Part shown: in pieces, positions 39,501-53,907 of the stretch
Layout of the letters: the number at the start of each line of letters is the position of its first letter
Position numbering within the stretch: the first letter of the stretch is position 1
Source of the DNA: Eutreptiella sp. 'Long Island Sound 2002'
Taxonomy: Eukaryota; Protista; Euglenida
Direction of reading: 5' to 3'
DNA length: 64,000 nucleotides
Assembly: GCA_964036045.1 (NCBI GenBank)
Contig: OZ038378.1
Location: 1,364,001 to 1,428,000, forward strand
Notes under the pieces: generated by a model
Seen by the model: the letters and a program-made list of their open reading frames with translations, nothing else
Told to the model about the DNA's origin: nothing
Database searches by the model: none
Program-made: the position numbers and the translations under genes

Positions 39501-42189
39501 CGTCTAGGCGTGCCAACTCCCAGCGGCCCAACCACCACCCACGTTGGTTGAAGTGTGGCACCACCGACAAACATCGCTGCTGCTACTGTAGCCCCCCCAA
39601 CCCCCGACCCCCACCCCCTGTCCCCCCATGTAGTTCTCCATCTTCCCAGCGGCGGCTCCGTACGACGCACCTTGTTCCCAGACCCGCCGCTAACCTGTGG
39701 TTGGCTTTGTCGCGGGCGAGCTACTTTTTGAAGCCGTTGCCTTGGCGGCAGCTTGTTGTGTGGCCCCGTCGATGGCTCGGCTTTTCTTCGTCCCATGATG
39801 TTGCCCTTTCATTGCCATTGTCGTGCAGCTGGTCCTCTTGTTTCATTGACTTGTTAGCCGTTGCCAACCCAAGCTGCGCATTACATGCCACTTGCGTTAC
39901 TCGCCCAGTTAGTTTCATTTGCTCTTCAACCATTGCAATAGCCACTTGAGCATCCATCGCCTCTTGCCTGGTCTACTTGATGCTAGGGGGTGCACTGAGC
40001 TCCACTCTCGGTTCGTTGTGCTTATTTTGTTGAGCCTCATCATTTGGCCGCAGCCCCACGGGATGTTCACCCATTCGAACCCGTCCTTCAAGACCCCCAA
40101 AGCCCCATGGGACCCCGTTTTGGAAAAAAAGCTTTAATGCCATGGATACTTTCACTTGTTTCCCGCTTACCCGCAATCATCCCGGCTGCCCCACTTTTGC
40201 AAATCCATGGATTGCGCATGCTGACATTTGGGTGAAAGCAAGATTACGCTAGGCGACCCTTGCTACCGTTTAGGAATACCAAAGAACTACCTTTTTTGCG
40301 CGCTACCACAGAGGATCGCATGGCGGCAATGTCAAGGCTTAACAAAGGTCTTGGGCCTTTTCACGGATACGGCCGGGCGTTCGGAGGGTATCATATTGTT
40401 CGCATACCTCGCATTCCTAGGGACATGGCATAGTCCATCCTCCGCACTCGACGTCCTCGGCCTGCGTGAACAGCGGCGCATTGATGATGAGCCGCCACGG
40501 GCTTGCGGGCCACAATTGCCTAAACTAGACTTTCTTTCATTCCATCTTACGTCTCAATAATCAAGTAATGTTCGCTTTCTATTGAAAGCATTTGAACACG
40601 TGATTGATTTTATGATAATGCAAAGGAGATCTGCAGCAATGTCTAGGTGGCCAAATTATACGCCTAAGGAGTACAATTTTCCACAATGTGTGCGACGAAG
40701 TGCCCAAAAGAGGATGAATGGTTGTGCCCATTGACCATTGTAGCAAAGTCAAATAACCACGTTGCACTTGGAAACCACTTTTTTTTTTGCGTTCAGGCCG
40801 TTGCAATGAGGAAGATATCATTTGCCTCCACACAACGTTTGTTGGTCCCACATCGGATCGGGGATCCCTTTCAGAGATGCGCACTTGTTTCATAATTAGC
40901 GACAATTGTGGCTTCGTTGGCAGATCGGTGGGTGGCTTATCCCCGGGCAAGCTACTTTGTGAAGCCGTTGCTGTGGCGGCAGCTTCATTTATGGCCCCGT
41001 TGATGGCTTGTTGGTAATTTCAACATCTTTGTTGGATGTCGCCTTCCCATGGCCACCGCTCCCAACTCGTCATCTTGCCACATTACCTCGCCAGCCGGTG
41101 CCAATGCTAGGTCTCTTGCCTCATTTGGCCAATGTTATCGGCACTGCACGGGGCATGGGTCTCGCCTGTTAGTTTCATTTCCTTGTCCCCTATTGCGATA
41201 GGCACCTGAGCACGGAGGGGACGTCTCCTCGGATCCGGTAGGCAACCCCCCTCCCCTCCTGCCCTCCGGACCCACTTAGTTACCAAGGGTCAATCGCTAC
41301 AGGCCATACACCACGGTGCTTGTGTGCACGGCGAAGGGGAAAAAATGTATTCCCACAGAGTTGTATTTGTGTCTACGGCGAAGAGAAAAAAAACTATTAC
41401 TATAGAGCGCTACTTGTGTGTACACAAAGGAAAAAAAACTAATCTGGTGCCTCGTGGGCTTGGGCAACCTGCCAGGCACACAGCTACTCTCTGGTGTGGC
41501 GGGCCGTGTCGGAGAGACGAGCATATATATTTGCCCCCCCGCCCCCCCAGGCAGGGTGTGAGGGCGTCTACAACCACCATTGCAATGGTGAGGAGGTAGC
41601 GTGGAGGCCCCCTTTGTTGTAGAGTAACCCCTTGGGCCACCGCGTCTCTGCCAGACCGGACCAAACCTCTTCTAAACCCTCTCCACTAGCCCCCACCCCC
41701 CTAGCAAATAGCAGCAACTAGCTAGACCCCTGGAGATTTCCTCCTCGGCGGCTACCCACTTTGGCCCACTTCTATTGGGGGGGGGTCGCGTACAGAAGGG
41801 AAGAGACACCCCCCCCCCCCCCCCGTGCACCTGAGCATTCGTTGCCTCTTGCCTCGTTCGCTTGATGCCGTCATCACTAGAGGAGCCAAAGGGCTCCAAC
41901 CTTGATTTATTTTGCTGATTTTGTTGAGTTTCATCCCTCGTCTGCAAGCACCCACGACCTTCACCCGGCCAACACCGTCCTTCGTGGCCCCGAAAGCCCC
42001 ATGGGACCCCGTTTTCAAACAAACTTCTTCCATACTATGGAAATCTTCACCCGGCTTTCCCTTTACCCACAATTAGCCTGCCTACCCCCCGCACTGCCGC
42101 ACAACACCAATCCAACATTGCGTCCCGCTGGTCCACAGGTGGGCGTCCCCCGCGGCCCTCACCTAGTACGACACAATCTTCTTGCCCTC

Positions 42190-43960
42190 CAAAGCCCCAC
42201 GGGACCCCGTTGTCGAAAGACATTTTCCACACCATGGGAATTTACAACCCATTTTCCGCTTAGGCACAATCAGCCCGCCTACCCCACACACTGGCCCACC
42301 AAGTCAATCGATGTTTGCCTCCCGGGCGTGCACAAGGCAACGTCCCCCGGGAAGTTCACATGGTACAAGCCGTCCTTCTTGACCCCCAAAGCTCCGTGGC
42401 ACCCCGTTTTCGAGAAACATTTTTCATACCATGGAGGTTTTCACCCCGTTTCCCACTTGCCCACAATGAGCCTGGCTACCCCATTTTTGGTAATTAGTAG
42501 ATTGCACATGGTGACATTACGGTGAAACCAAGCTCAAATTGGGAGAGTCATGCTACTATTCAAGAATATGGAATTGCACTAAAGAGTTACAATGTTGTAC
42601 CCTCTCAGACGAAGGTTGGCATGGCGGCAATGCCAAGCCATAACAGACCCCTGGCTTCCGTTCAAGGAGACGGACAGTTTATGCAATTTTCAGTCTCAAT
42701 CTAGTCAGTACTGCTTGCCTTTGGTGAGAGAGTTGCAACATTTCATTGCCTGGATAATCACGCTATGGAATTTGCTGCGGTTGCTTGCTGCAGTGCGAGG
42801 CCGCGTAAGATGCACATCCGGCTCGTCCTCTAATGTTGCCTTCCCATAGCCATCGGGTTGGCTGTCGTCTTCTTGCCGCATTACCTCGCCACCAAATGCC
42901 CACCCAAGCGTTGCATCACATGCCTCTTTCCTTGTTTGCCGAATGTCATGGGCACTGCACAAAGGACACATGTTGCTTCTTAGTTTCATTTCCGCATCAA
43001 CTATTGTGATTACCACTTGATCATCCATCGCCTCTTGCCTCGCGTGCCTGATGTTATCAGCAGCTTGTCCCCCAAAGCCCCACGGGACCCGTTGTCGAAA
43101 GACATTTTCCACACCATGGGAATTTGCAACCCATTTTCCGCTTAGGCACAATCAGCCCGCCTACCCCACACACTGCCCCACCAAGTCAATTGATGTTTGC
43201 ATCCCGGGCGTGCACAAGGCAACGTCCCCCGGGAGGTTCACATGGTAGAAGCCGTCCTTCTTGACCCCCAAAGCTCCGTGGCACCCCGTTTTCGAGAAGT
43301 ATTTTTCATACCATGGAGGTTTTCACCCCGTTTCCCACTTGCCCACAATGAGCCTGGCTACCCCATTTTTGGTAATTAGTAGATTGCACATGGTGACATT
43401 ACGGTGAAACCAAGCTCAAATTGGGCGATTCATGCTACTATTCAAGAATATGGAATTGCACTAAAGTGTTACAATGTTGTACCCTCTCAGACGAAGGTTG
43501 GCATGGTGGCAATGCCAAACCATAACAAACCCGTCGTTTCCGTTCAAGGAGACGGCCACAGGATTGCCTTAAGTAGACAATTTATACAATTTTCAGTCTC
43601 AATCTAATCAGTACCGCTTGCCTTTTGTGAGACAGTTGCAACATTTCATTGCCTGGATAATCACGCTATGGAATTTGCTGTGGTTGCTTGCAGCAGTGCG
43701 AGGCCGCGTAAGATGCACATCTGGCTCGTCCTCTAATGTTGCCTTCCCATAGCTATCGGGTTGCCTGTCGTCTTCTTGCCGCATTACCTCGCCACCCAAT
43801 GCCCACCCAAGCGTTGCATCACATGCATCTTTCCTTGTTTGCCGAATATCATGGGCGCCGCACAAAGGACACATGTTGCTTCTTAGTTTTATTTTCGCAT
43901 CAAATATTTTGATTACCACTTGAGCATCCATCGCCTCTTGCCTCGTGTGCCTGATGTTAT
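42190..43960. repeat. Diverged tandem duplication of about 0.88-0.9 kb
   Basis: Paralogous ORFs 42522/43404, 42315/43197 and 42705/43608. ccccaaagccccacgggaccc occurs at about 42190 and about 43070. Confidence 0.85.
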
Positions 43961-44199
43961 CAGCACTAGAGGAGGCACATGGCTGCATCTTTGTTTCATT
44001 CTCCTCTTTTTGTTCAGCCTCATCACCCGTCTGCAAGGTTCCAAAAGCTCTTCTTGATCGGCCTTGGATCGTGCTGTGCCTGCTTTAAGATTTTTTCACG
44101 ACCCTCCCCCTACATTGAGCACTGTAACGATCATTATGTGCATGAATGTCAAGATGTCGTCCATCGCACCCCTCTCAACTAACAGCAAGTGCTCCCCAT

Positions 44200-45450
44200 G
44201 AACACATCTCCATGTTCTCTTTTAGGGGGAAGTCATTGGGGGCTACCGCCTGGATCTCCTGATAGTGTTTGTCATCGGGACTGTATACAAATTTCGCACG
44301 AATTTCACGTGAATTTTGTCCAATTTGGCAATAAAGGAAGCAAACACACAAGCAAGCACACCTTGCAATCACATGGACATGTGATTGACCATGCCCCAGC
44401 CTTCGAACACTTGGGCAGCCGCCACGCTGGGGCAGTGTTCAGGAGATGCCACAGCATGGTCGGGCCGCACCGGGGGGGGCAACGCCCGACATGGCAAAGT
44501 GGATCTCCAACTCCGCATCCACATTGTCTCCCTTGCAGATCTCGATCTGGTGCATGCACGTTTCCCAGAAAAAAGAGGACATTGTGCTCGGCGATCTCCA
44601 TGACCGCGAGATCGGTGCTCCGGGCGGAGCGGGAACGGGCACTTGTCCACGATAGGTTGGACGGTCTTCCGTAGTTGATCATCACTCCACGTAGTGTGGA
44701 ACCACCTCTTGAACAATTTCAAGGTACGGTCAGCACTAACATGACCAATGGACTCATGGGTCCATTTGAGGAGAGCCGGAATACGGTCGCTAGGCATGAC
44801 AATGCGGTCTTCATGCTAGAGGTAGGTCTTATCACGTTTCAACTTTTGCTGGTTGGCCAAGACAGATTCCATATGCCTCTCCAGGCGTTTGTAGATATCC
44901 TCAAACTCCTTCAGGTGCTCAACTTGTCGGAGTCCATCTAGAGGTGTGATCATGGTCATGTTCAGGTCAAGGTGTACATCCATACGGCTGAACGCCTGTC
45001 TTCCACATTGCCACGCAAGATGACAACGAGGGGATGCTTGGGCATATGCTGTGTGCCATTGTAGCAGTCTTCGTGGAAGAGGGCGTTGCGGGCCTCATTT
45101 GAGCCGCATGTGAGCAGGCGAAGATGGCCAAGCCGGTGCGCAGGTAATAGGAAAGAGCACGTGGTCGTGGTCGATGTCCACTTGAGTTTTTCAATGGTGA
45201 CAAGAACAATTGTACGTTGAGCTGGAATGGCCAATAGATGCGCTGAGTTTCGCTATCGCACGCGAGCGTTTGAAGTCAAAGAAGGACACCTCCAACATCC
45301 AACTTGCAACATTTTGAAGCGCATTCACCTCTTCCCCACTCTGCAAGGAGAAAGTGAACTTGCTACGTCCCGCAACATGCTACAAGGCGATGGACACCCG
45401 TGTTTCTAATGCCTGGAATATGCTTAGGAATGGGGGCATTGCCACGCTGA
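44200..45450 (-). pseudogene. Degenerate Ty3/gypsy pol remnant (RNase H linker to integrase zinc finger)
   Basis: RIVMPSDRIPALLKWTHESIGHVSADRTLKLFKRWF...IVDKCP resembles the HHCC integrase finger. Upstream TCGSNEARNALF resembles the PGxxNxxADALSR linker. The order is RH then IN. Confidence 0.55.
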
Positions 45451-48400
45451 CTTGAGCGTTGGGCAATCCGATCACACCCCGAGAGTTTGAATTCATTGTT
45501 GACATCAATTGCTTACCACCCTTAGCAATGCACATACTGTTGTGCTCATGTCACTTCACACAAACCGGCAGTCCTTGCCTGGATAGTTTGACCATTGCTA
45601 GTGGCAGTTTTCGCTTGATGTTTAGGATAGATGATCTACACTTTTACGATGCATCTTGTGCTTGAGAGTTCCTATTTTTCAATCCTAAATCGAATCGTAC
45701 TGCCGAAAGTGTGAAGTGCACGAAAGGGCAGTTGGAGGTAGTGGTTGATTTCATTGGTGCAAAGGCCGTGTAACCCTGATTTGAATAATTGGCATTACCA
45801 AAACGCGCATCGCCCGAGAACAAGTGCGCATGGTTGCCTGGTGTGAGATACAACTCACCTATTTTTGTCGCCAGTTGAATGATTTGACACCATAGTTTCT
45901 ATACTTTATGTCAATTGCGGCCAGTAATGTCACAATCTCTAATTTGCCAATGAAGGGGGGGCGGCGGGTATGCACATAATGTGTTGTGCCCTTTTCATTG
46001 TTCTTGCAAGGGCAGCTATCTTGCCATGTTCAATTAGATTTTTTAACTTTCTTCCACCTAGCCAATGTATACTTGATGACCTGTACACAGTATCTATGCA
46101 CAGGAAATCCCCAACAGTCGTCACATGTGCACCATTGCAGCCATGATTGGCCCACGAAAGAAACGAAACAAGAGCGCAACATGTGTGTGTGCTCTGTGAA
46201 AATTGCAACCCATTGCAGCACCGGGGCCGTGTAACCTTGCCATCTCAAGCAGTAGCCCGCGAGCAAAAAAACACCACTAATCCCGGCATTACTCCAAAAT
46301 ATGAGATAAGTACCGCCTGGTTCGTACACACAGCCTTGGTAGCACCCTAAACACCATACTACAACAATGGGGACCGAAATCCTACAATGAGATGTGAGTA
46401 TTCGCCAAACAAAGAATGACCGCAATTCTTCGAACCATCACATAGCGGCCTCGCCAAGCCATACCATAGAATGCTACGCCATGCCATGCCATGCCCGCCA
46501 TGCCTTGGTTTGGTGAGGACAACTGCACGGGTGTGTGGGAAGGGAAAACTGCCACTTCCTGAAATGGTAGCCATCTCGCCCCATGGCCTCTACGAGTGCC
46601 CTCCTTGCATGCTCCACACCGTAGCGCCCCGCCCCTCACCGTAGCGCCCTGCCCCTTTCAGCCCTTCATGTGCCATGTGCCCCCTTTGCAGCTCAACCTA
46701 GAGGTGGTGCATTGCGTGGCTTGTGTGGGACCTCCTCCTCTCACCGCGAGGCTCATTGGAGCCCGCGACGAGCCCACTATAGTGGGATTCTGCCTGCTCC
46801 CCGATAGGGCCTCTTGGATTAGGGCCACGGCTGTACGAGCCGGCCCCAGATAGCCGTGGGGGTCAGGGGTGGACGGGCCAACTCAGCGGTTTTCGGCGTC
46901 GAGTTGGTCAACAATAGGGCTGATGGGCCCTGCCGCAAACAAATTCTTCCTGACCTAGGGCTCTGGCAACCCCCCCAACGACGGAGGGGTGTCAGAGCCG
47001 ACCACGATGGGGCCCATTGGCGAGGCCATCGTACCTCATTCGGCAGCGCGCGAGGGTGCAGCGTTTGTCTGCTCGATCACCCTGATAGATGATTCGATTA
47101 TTAACCGATTCTCGGTGCTAATAACGGTTCTTGTGCCTTGACAAGGCAATTGTGGTCCACTTAGCTCTCTCCGAGGGTGGCTGTCCATTTCCTCGCCAAC
47201 CAACGCAGGTACACCAATTGGATCTCGAGGATGGGGGGCCCCAAAGGGAACATTCGGGGATTTCGAAGACATGGGATTTGTTGCGACTTGGGGCTTGGCC
47301 CGTTTTTGCGGCCCTTGTCCGGTCCATGGAGTAGGGGCCGAGGAGGTCCTGAGGGTGGGGACCTGGACACCCTTAGCTATCCCTCCCGGGGAAGAGATTT
47401 TGGAATTGGTCCACGATTTCGAGGACCGATCGCTTTCCGCGATGCCAAGCGCCCAACGGAGACGAAAAATTTTCGCCTCTGCTACCATGAAACCGGACCA
47501 AATGGTCAGGAGCAGAGGTCGCAGTGGCAAGGGCAGCAACATTGCTTGGCAAAGAAGACAGAACGATTTGTGAGACTGAATAGTATCCTGCAAACAGATA
47601 TGGCACAAATAGCCCTTGGGATAACTGATATGCACATATGAGAAATCCACCCTAGCATCCACTAATTCTTATAATTACAAAGGATCCAAGATTGCCTTAT
47701 CTATCTCACATCCTATGTTCCTAACAAGGAAATGGAATATAATATACAATAGTCCCTTATATAGGGTCATATAATGATTCCTTAGGGGCAATATGCTAGG
47801 GTAGGGTTGTGACTGCTTCACTGTCATTCTCAGGTACCTCACTGTTACACTCACGAACTCACACGCGTACAGATCGAGACGCTTCCCAGTGAACACTGGT
47901 ACAGGTATCTCCAGCTTCCCTTTCGCTGTGCCGTTCGTACTACCCCCAGAGTCTTTGCTATCGTCCAGGTGTCTTCCACCCTCGAAGGTGAGACGGCGAG
48001 TAGCGCCCGCGCCGTTAGCCCATTTTTGTCACTTGCTTCTTGATATTCACCGCGAACTCGTCTGGTAAGTATGACTCCTTGATTCTTCGTAGGAAGGGTG
48101 AGATACCTTTTTGGTGCTCATCTAACAAGTGGAGGGCAGCTACCTTGGAAAGGGCTGAGATATTCAAATCACTTTCAATGGGACTTTTTCCAGATTCGTC
48201 CAGCTCGTCCAAACGTTAGGATATTTTCTTTTGTTCTACCATCAGATGGGAAGGGCTTGAAGCTTGCAAATATGCAAACAGAGGACGTGTTTCCCTCCCT
48301 AGCCCTCGCCATGCACATACCTTCACAGCTTGGTGCCTCAACCTGTACGCAGGCCTAACTGCCCAAAGATGCTGGTGTTGGTTGATTTGCTGCTGTTGAA

Positions 48401-49050
48401 GGAAACTCATGAATTTCCGTCGCACGACTCAGCTTCGTGTATTCCTTCGCAGACTCTGTGGTGGACTCAGGGGTTACGGCCGTGGATGATGTTGCGGGAG
48501 TGTCTTTTTCTGTCGCCTCCGTTGGTTTTGATGGGTCCATGTATCACGTCTTGTTTATTACAGTTCAGATTCGAACAGGCAGAACTGTGCACAGAACTCA
48601 CCGAACAGACAGACACAGACGGACTTAGGCGCCTTTGTACAGTTGACACCTTCAAGATCGTTCACTCTGCTACCACTAAGATTTAGGCTCTAACTAGCAC
48701 CCCTTAGAGGGCACTTCCCCTTGGCCTCATTTGATTCATAAACACTGAGGCTGTACAAAGCAGAGTATGGTGTTGTTTCCGTCACTGACATATGCACACT
48801 TGTTCGCTTATATGATATTCACTTTGTCTCCTTGTCGTGTGGTGCCTTTATGGGTTTTGTGCTGTATTCTCCCCTATTTCCACCCATGTGGGTCACATGT
48901 GCACTCCACAAATAACAAGCTTTAGGCCATACACAAGCAAGCAAACACGTTGCTGAGTAGGTGCATAGTGTAATACCATAAAATTTTGGCTCGGGAACCT
49001 TGAAAATAGCCAGCAGAAAACAGGGTCACATGATACTCAAACAGTATAAT

Positions 49051-49093
49051 GATCATGATCATCATCATCATGATCATCATCATCATCATCATG
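49051..49093. repeat. (ATC)n microsatellite
   Basis: gatcatgatcatcatcatcatgatcatcatcatcatcatcatg. Confidence 0.9.
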
Positions 49094-49737
49094 CATCCGC
49101 GCATGTCATGGTCACACGTTCTGTCGTTGCTCACACTCTGCGAGCGCGTCTCAGTGCAATGGCCTTTACAGACAGGAACCTGTGCATGTCAGCGAAACGA
49201 CACTAATGTACACAACCTTACTTAAACCATTTTGAGTACCTTTTTGACCATACTTTTAGGCTGGATTGAGGGTCCATTTCACTTGGAGTTGAAGCTATTG
49301 GTTACCACGGAGGTAGAGCTAGAAACCGGATCGAAAAAAGAAGCTGGCAGATTGTGTGTTGTTCTTTGCTTTTTGGGAGGATTTGTTGTCTTTTCCTTTC
49401 CTTTGCGGGCTTTGGGTTTGCCATTGGGAGAAGTGTGTGATTGCGACTTGGCTCGGAAACGTGCCTTTTCCTTTTTTTTGGTGGCTGTGGTGCGGGGTTC
49501 TGTATTGTGGGGCCGGGGCTGTCCAGTGCATTTTCTTGTGGTTGTTCCGGGTTTAGGATGCTATCCAAATCCACCTCCGCCATTGACCTCTTATTCAAGT
49601 GTCAGGTCTTTCTGCTTTTATATAGCTCCAAGTGGGAGCGCAAATGAGTACTATTTCTGTGTTTCGAAGCACAAGAGCACACATCATCCTCAATCTTGGT
49701 CTCCGAGGGCAAAAAATGCAGTCGAAGAGGAGACCTC

Positions 49738-52513
49738 GTACCCCCATACCCTGGTGGATACATCGTTGGTGCACTTTCCAAGCACTCTATGCATGTGTTC
49801 GCCAATCAAATCAGCCTAGGTATATATGAGCAGGGTATTTATGTCCACATACGAAAGTTGATTCACCGCTTCAACAAGAAGGTCTATGGAATACTACCGA
49901 ATGGCCTCTAGTGCAAGACCCCAAACCATCTACTATCTCCTCCAATGGTTGCCTCAAATGGCTAATTTTTCCCCTTCTAGGAGTTCAAATGGTCCATGGT
50001 GTGAAAAGGAGTGGTGGCCCATACACAGGCCCATTCTACCCTACTTGTATCCTAGCCCTTGGCGAACAAAAATTGCGATGCGGGTGGAGTGAGCTTTCTG
50101 TGGTTGCCGCGGCAGACGGTCAAAAGGTGAGTCCACAACGTATACAAGCAGTCCGTGTAATGTATGTTACCTTTACCCCAATGATCAATCAACGAACAAG
50201 GGCTTTCGCGCACCACTTCTGATTGGTTTGCTAAAAGATTAAACACAATTTGACGTGTTTGCTTTCAAGGTTGCGTTGTTTAAGCCCACCCAAATGGGGA
50301 GGGGCAGTGGACAATGATGCTGCAGTTGTCTCAAAGTTGTTGATCAACATCTCTATGGAATAAAGTGCAAAACAATCCCGGGTCTCTGCGACCAAAGGCG
50401 ATGTCCACAGGGGGACAGAGGACTGGCAGTCCATGCACAGCGCCTGTTCAGAACTAGATATGAGCCCTCCTTCACCAAATGTGCCTTCAAGGGCGACGAA
50501 GGTGCTGGCGGTATTCCTCTCTATTTGCCAAGAAGGCCTTGACCAAATTCCGTGTGTGGAGAGACATGAGTTCATCATGAAGGGGAGTGATATATTCTAG
50601 TCTATATCTTGTGTGAGTTCCTTCAACGCGCAACTAAAAGCCAAGTTGCTTGAGTATTGCCCGTCAACCCGCCGCTGCCATTCACATTGTGAGCCATCGA
50701 GCAGCCTACGGAGTTTTGCATCCAATTGTCAGCATGACGAAGCGCACGCTATGAAATTTTTGCATTGGTGGCATGTACCGAATTGCCTTTTGCAAGAAGT
50801 GCGGCAAATGCCGTGCAAACCAATGCGGAAACTGATGGATTTCAGTCAGAACATTCAAAGGCACGCTTCGAGACATCGTGTTGTGTGAAGGCCCTTTTGT
50901 TCCCCAATGACACAAAAATGTTGCTATGGCCTCCTTTTATTTGTCGTTGTAAGTTTGACCTCACTTGTTTCATCCACAAGCTAAACGGTTCTTGGACCGT
51001 CTGGTAAAAGGGAAGGCATAGTGTGCCTTGCGAGCATCGCGTTTGCGTGATGCTGCAGCCTTCCACTTCCCCAAAACTTGAGTGGGTGCCTTCTGCCCCT
51101 AGGACTCAATCCAGCCCTTCAACTCTAGCGAAGTCCACCAATGTGACAGCCACAAGCAAAGGAGGGCCTCCGCAGGCTCACTCATGTCTGGGGGGGTCTT
51201 TGGAGGGATTTTGCCGTCTGCAATATCCACACAAGCACGCACAAGCGGTAGTTTGGCTCTTTGACGGATGTGATCGCGACTACTTTTGTTGATTACTTGG
51301 TCGCCCAAATGCAGGGCATGGGATCGGTTATGGTCTCTTGTTTTGGCATCATTAGCTCCTAGCACCGTTGTCTTGGATTGCAAGCTGTATCTCAAAAAAG
51401 ACGGAACAATGCATGTTCAGCGTAGAGGGCTTAGGCCTCTCCATTCTTAGTGTGTTAATGAATTGGCCCCGAAGATATCCACGAAAGTTAATTAAACCAG
51501 GGCACGTTACTAGTTGATCTCTCTATGTGCCATCCAGTTTTCATTCTTTTCTTGTTTTTGTACATGTGCCCAAAATACGTCTACATTTATGATGCAAACA
51601 CACATCGTCAGCATACAACGTACGTAGGACTGAATGTCGCACTAGTATACCGCGAGCACTAGGATGTCGCAATGCAACCAAAATCCTTTTCCACCCAAAA
51701 TGCAACATCTTGTTTAAATCTCTTCACACATGAACGCCATCCTCTTATCCATATGAATACCCGACGTCATTTTTGTACACGCACATCCCACATCCATTTT
51801 TTTGTGTTTTTCTGACCCCAAAATAAGGGGGGGGTGTCCCTAGTTTGCCTCTCAAACAACACCCGGTACCCCTGCACCCTGGTGGATACACCGTTGGTGC
51901 ACTGTCCAAGCACTCTATGCATTTGTTCGTCAATCAAATCAGCCTAGGTATATATGAGCAGGGTATTTATGTCCACATACGAAAGCTGATTGACCGCTTC
52001 AACAAGAAGGTCTATGGAATACTACCGAATGGCCTCTAGTGCAAAACCCCAAACCATCCACTATCTCCTCCAATGGTTGCCTTAAATGACTAATTTTTCC
52101 CCTTCTAGGTGAGTTCAAATGGTCCATGGTGTGAAAAGGAGTGGTGGCCCATACACAGGCCCATTCTTCCCTAGTTGTATCCTACCCCTTGGTGAACATT
52201 AGTTGCGATGCGGGTGGAGTGAGCTTTCTGTGGTTGCGGCGGCGGACGGTCAAAAGGTGAGTCCACAACGTATACAAGCAGTCCGTGTAACGACGAACAA
52301 GGGCCTTCGCGCACCACATGCTTATGATTCGTTTGCTACAAGATGAAACACAATTTGACGTGTTTGCTTTCAAGTTTGCGTTGTTTAAGCCCACCCAAAT
52401 GGGGAGGGGCAGTGGACAATGATGCTGCAGTTGTCTCAAAGTTGTTGATCAACATCTCTATCGAATAAAGTGCAAAACAACCCGGGGTCTCTCCGACCGA
52501 AGACGATGTCCAC
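49738..52513. repeat. Pair of ~0.65-kb direct repeats (49738-50410 and 51866-52513)
   Basis: Shared sequence caatcaaatcagcctaggtatatatgagcagggtatttatgtccacatacg... Paralogous ORFs 49696/51845. The second copy has a short deletion. Confidence 0.85.
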
Positions 52514-52739
52514 ACGGTGACGGTATGCGGGCTGCGGCCCTAGCAGACTGCGAAAGACTGCGCACGAACAGGCGACGCGCGCATTTACGACAACCGAAAA
52601 AACGACCGCAACTGATCTTCTGCTGAAAGGCTCAAATGGAACGCGGTTGTTTTGAACCGTTCTGCAGCCCAAATTTTTAAAATAGTTGCATTATTTTATC
52701 GCCAGATAAAGGAACGATACCTTACTGGTAACGAGGCTA

Positions 52740-53876
52740 CTCATTTTCAACTCCCTCCTACCCAATTTCAACTCCCTCTTGCTCATTTTCAAGTCCCTCC
52801 AAGTGAAAATCCACTCCCTCCTACTCAATTTCAACTCCCTCCTACTCATTTTCAAGCCCCTCCTACTCAATTTCAACTCCCTCCTACTCGATTTCAACTC
52901 CCTCCTACTCAATTTCAACTCCCTCCTACTCAATTTCAACTCCCACCTGCTCATTTTCAACTCCCTCCAAGTGAAAATCCACTCCCTCCTGCTCAATTTC
53001 AACTCCCTTCTACTCAATTTCAACTCCCTCCCACTCATTTTCAAGTCCCTCCTACTCAATTCAACTCCCTCCTACTCAATTTCAACTCCCTCCTACTCCA
53101 TTTCAACTCCCTCCTACTCAATTTCAACTCCCTCCTACTCATTTTCAACTCCCTCCAAGTGAAAATCCACTCCCTCCTACTCATTTTCAACTCCCTCCTA
53201 CTCATTTTCAACCCCCTTCTACTCAATTTCAAGTCCCTCCTACTCATTTTCAACTCCCTCCTACTCAATTTCAACTCCCTCCTACTCAATTTCAACCCCC
53301 TCCTGCTCATTTCCAACTCCCTCCAAGTGAAAATCCACTCCCTCCTACTCAATTTCAACTCCCTCCTACTCAATTTCAACTCCCTCCTACTCATTTTCAA
53401 CTCTCTGCTACTCAATTTCAACTCCCTCCTACTCAATTTCAACTCCCTCCTACTCAATTTCAACTCCTTCCTACTCATTTTCAACTCCCTCCTACTCAAT
53501 TTCAACTCCCTCCTGCTCATTTTCAAGTCCCTCCAAGTGAAAATCCACTCCCTCCTACTCAATTTCAACTCCCTCCTACTCAATTTCAACTCCCTCCTAC
53601 TCATTTTCAACTCCCTCCTACTCAATTTCAACTCCCTCGTACTCAATTTCAACTCCCTCCTACTCAATTTCAACTCCCTCCTACTCAATTTCAACTCCCT
53701 CCTGCTCATTTTCAACTTCCTCCAAGTCAAAATCCACTCCCTCCTACTCAATTTCAACTCCCTCCTACTCATTTTCAACTCCCTCCAAGTGAAAATCCAC
53801 TCCCTCCTACTCATTTTCAACTCCCTCCAAGTGAAAATGCACTGCCTCCTACTCAATTTCAACTCCCTCCTACTCA
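52740..53876. repeat. 21-bp minisatellite (ctcctactcaatttcaactcc)n, about 54 units
   Basis: Direct inspection. The period translates as the heptad LLLNFNS or SRRELKL, and there are interspersed variant units (ctccaagtgaaaatccactcc). Confidence 0.97.
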
Positions 53877-53907
53877 CAAAGACAAGCACAATAACGATGA
53901 GGCATTG

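Noticed and set aside
41295-41330. ctacaggccatacaccac, resembling the 5' end of 5S rRNA
   Set aside because: Similarity ends after about 18 nt, with no internal control boxes or 5S structure.
47036-48212. Possible RT or tyrosine-recombinase remnant
   Set aside because: No convincing YxDD or RHRY motifs. The fragments are coding-like but could not be assigned.
50560-50900. Possible pogo/DDE_1 transposase remnant (SCVSSFNAQLK)
   Set aside because: The match to the QPLDxxxxxPFK motif is too weak to support by eye.
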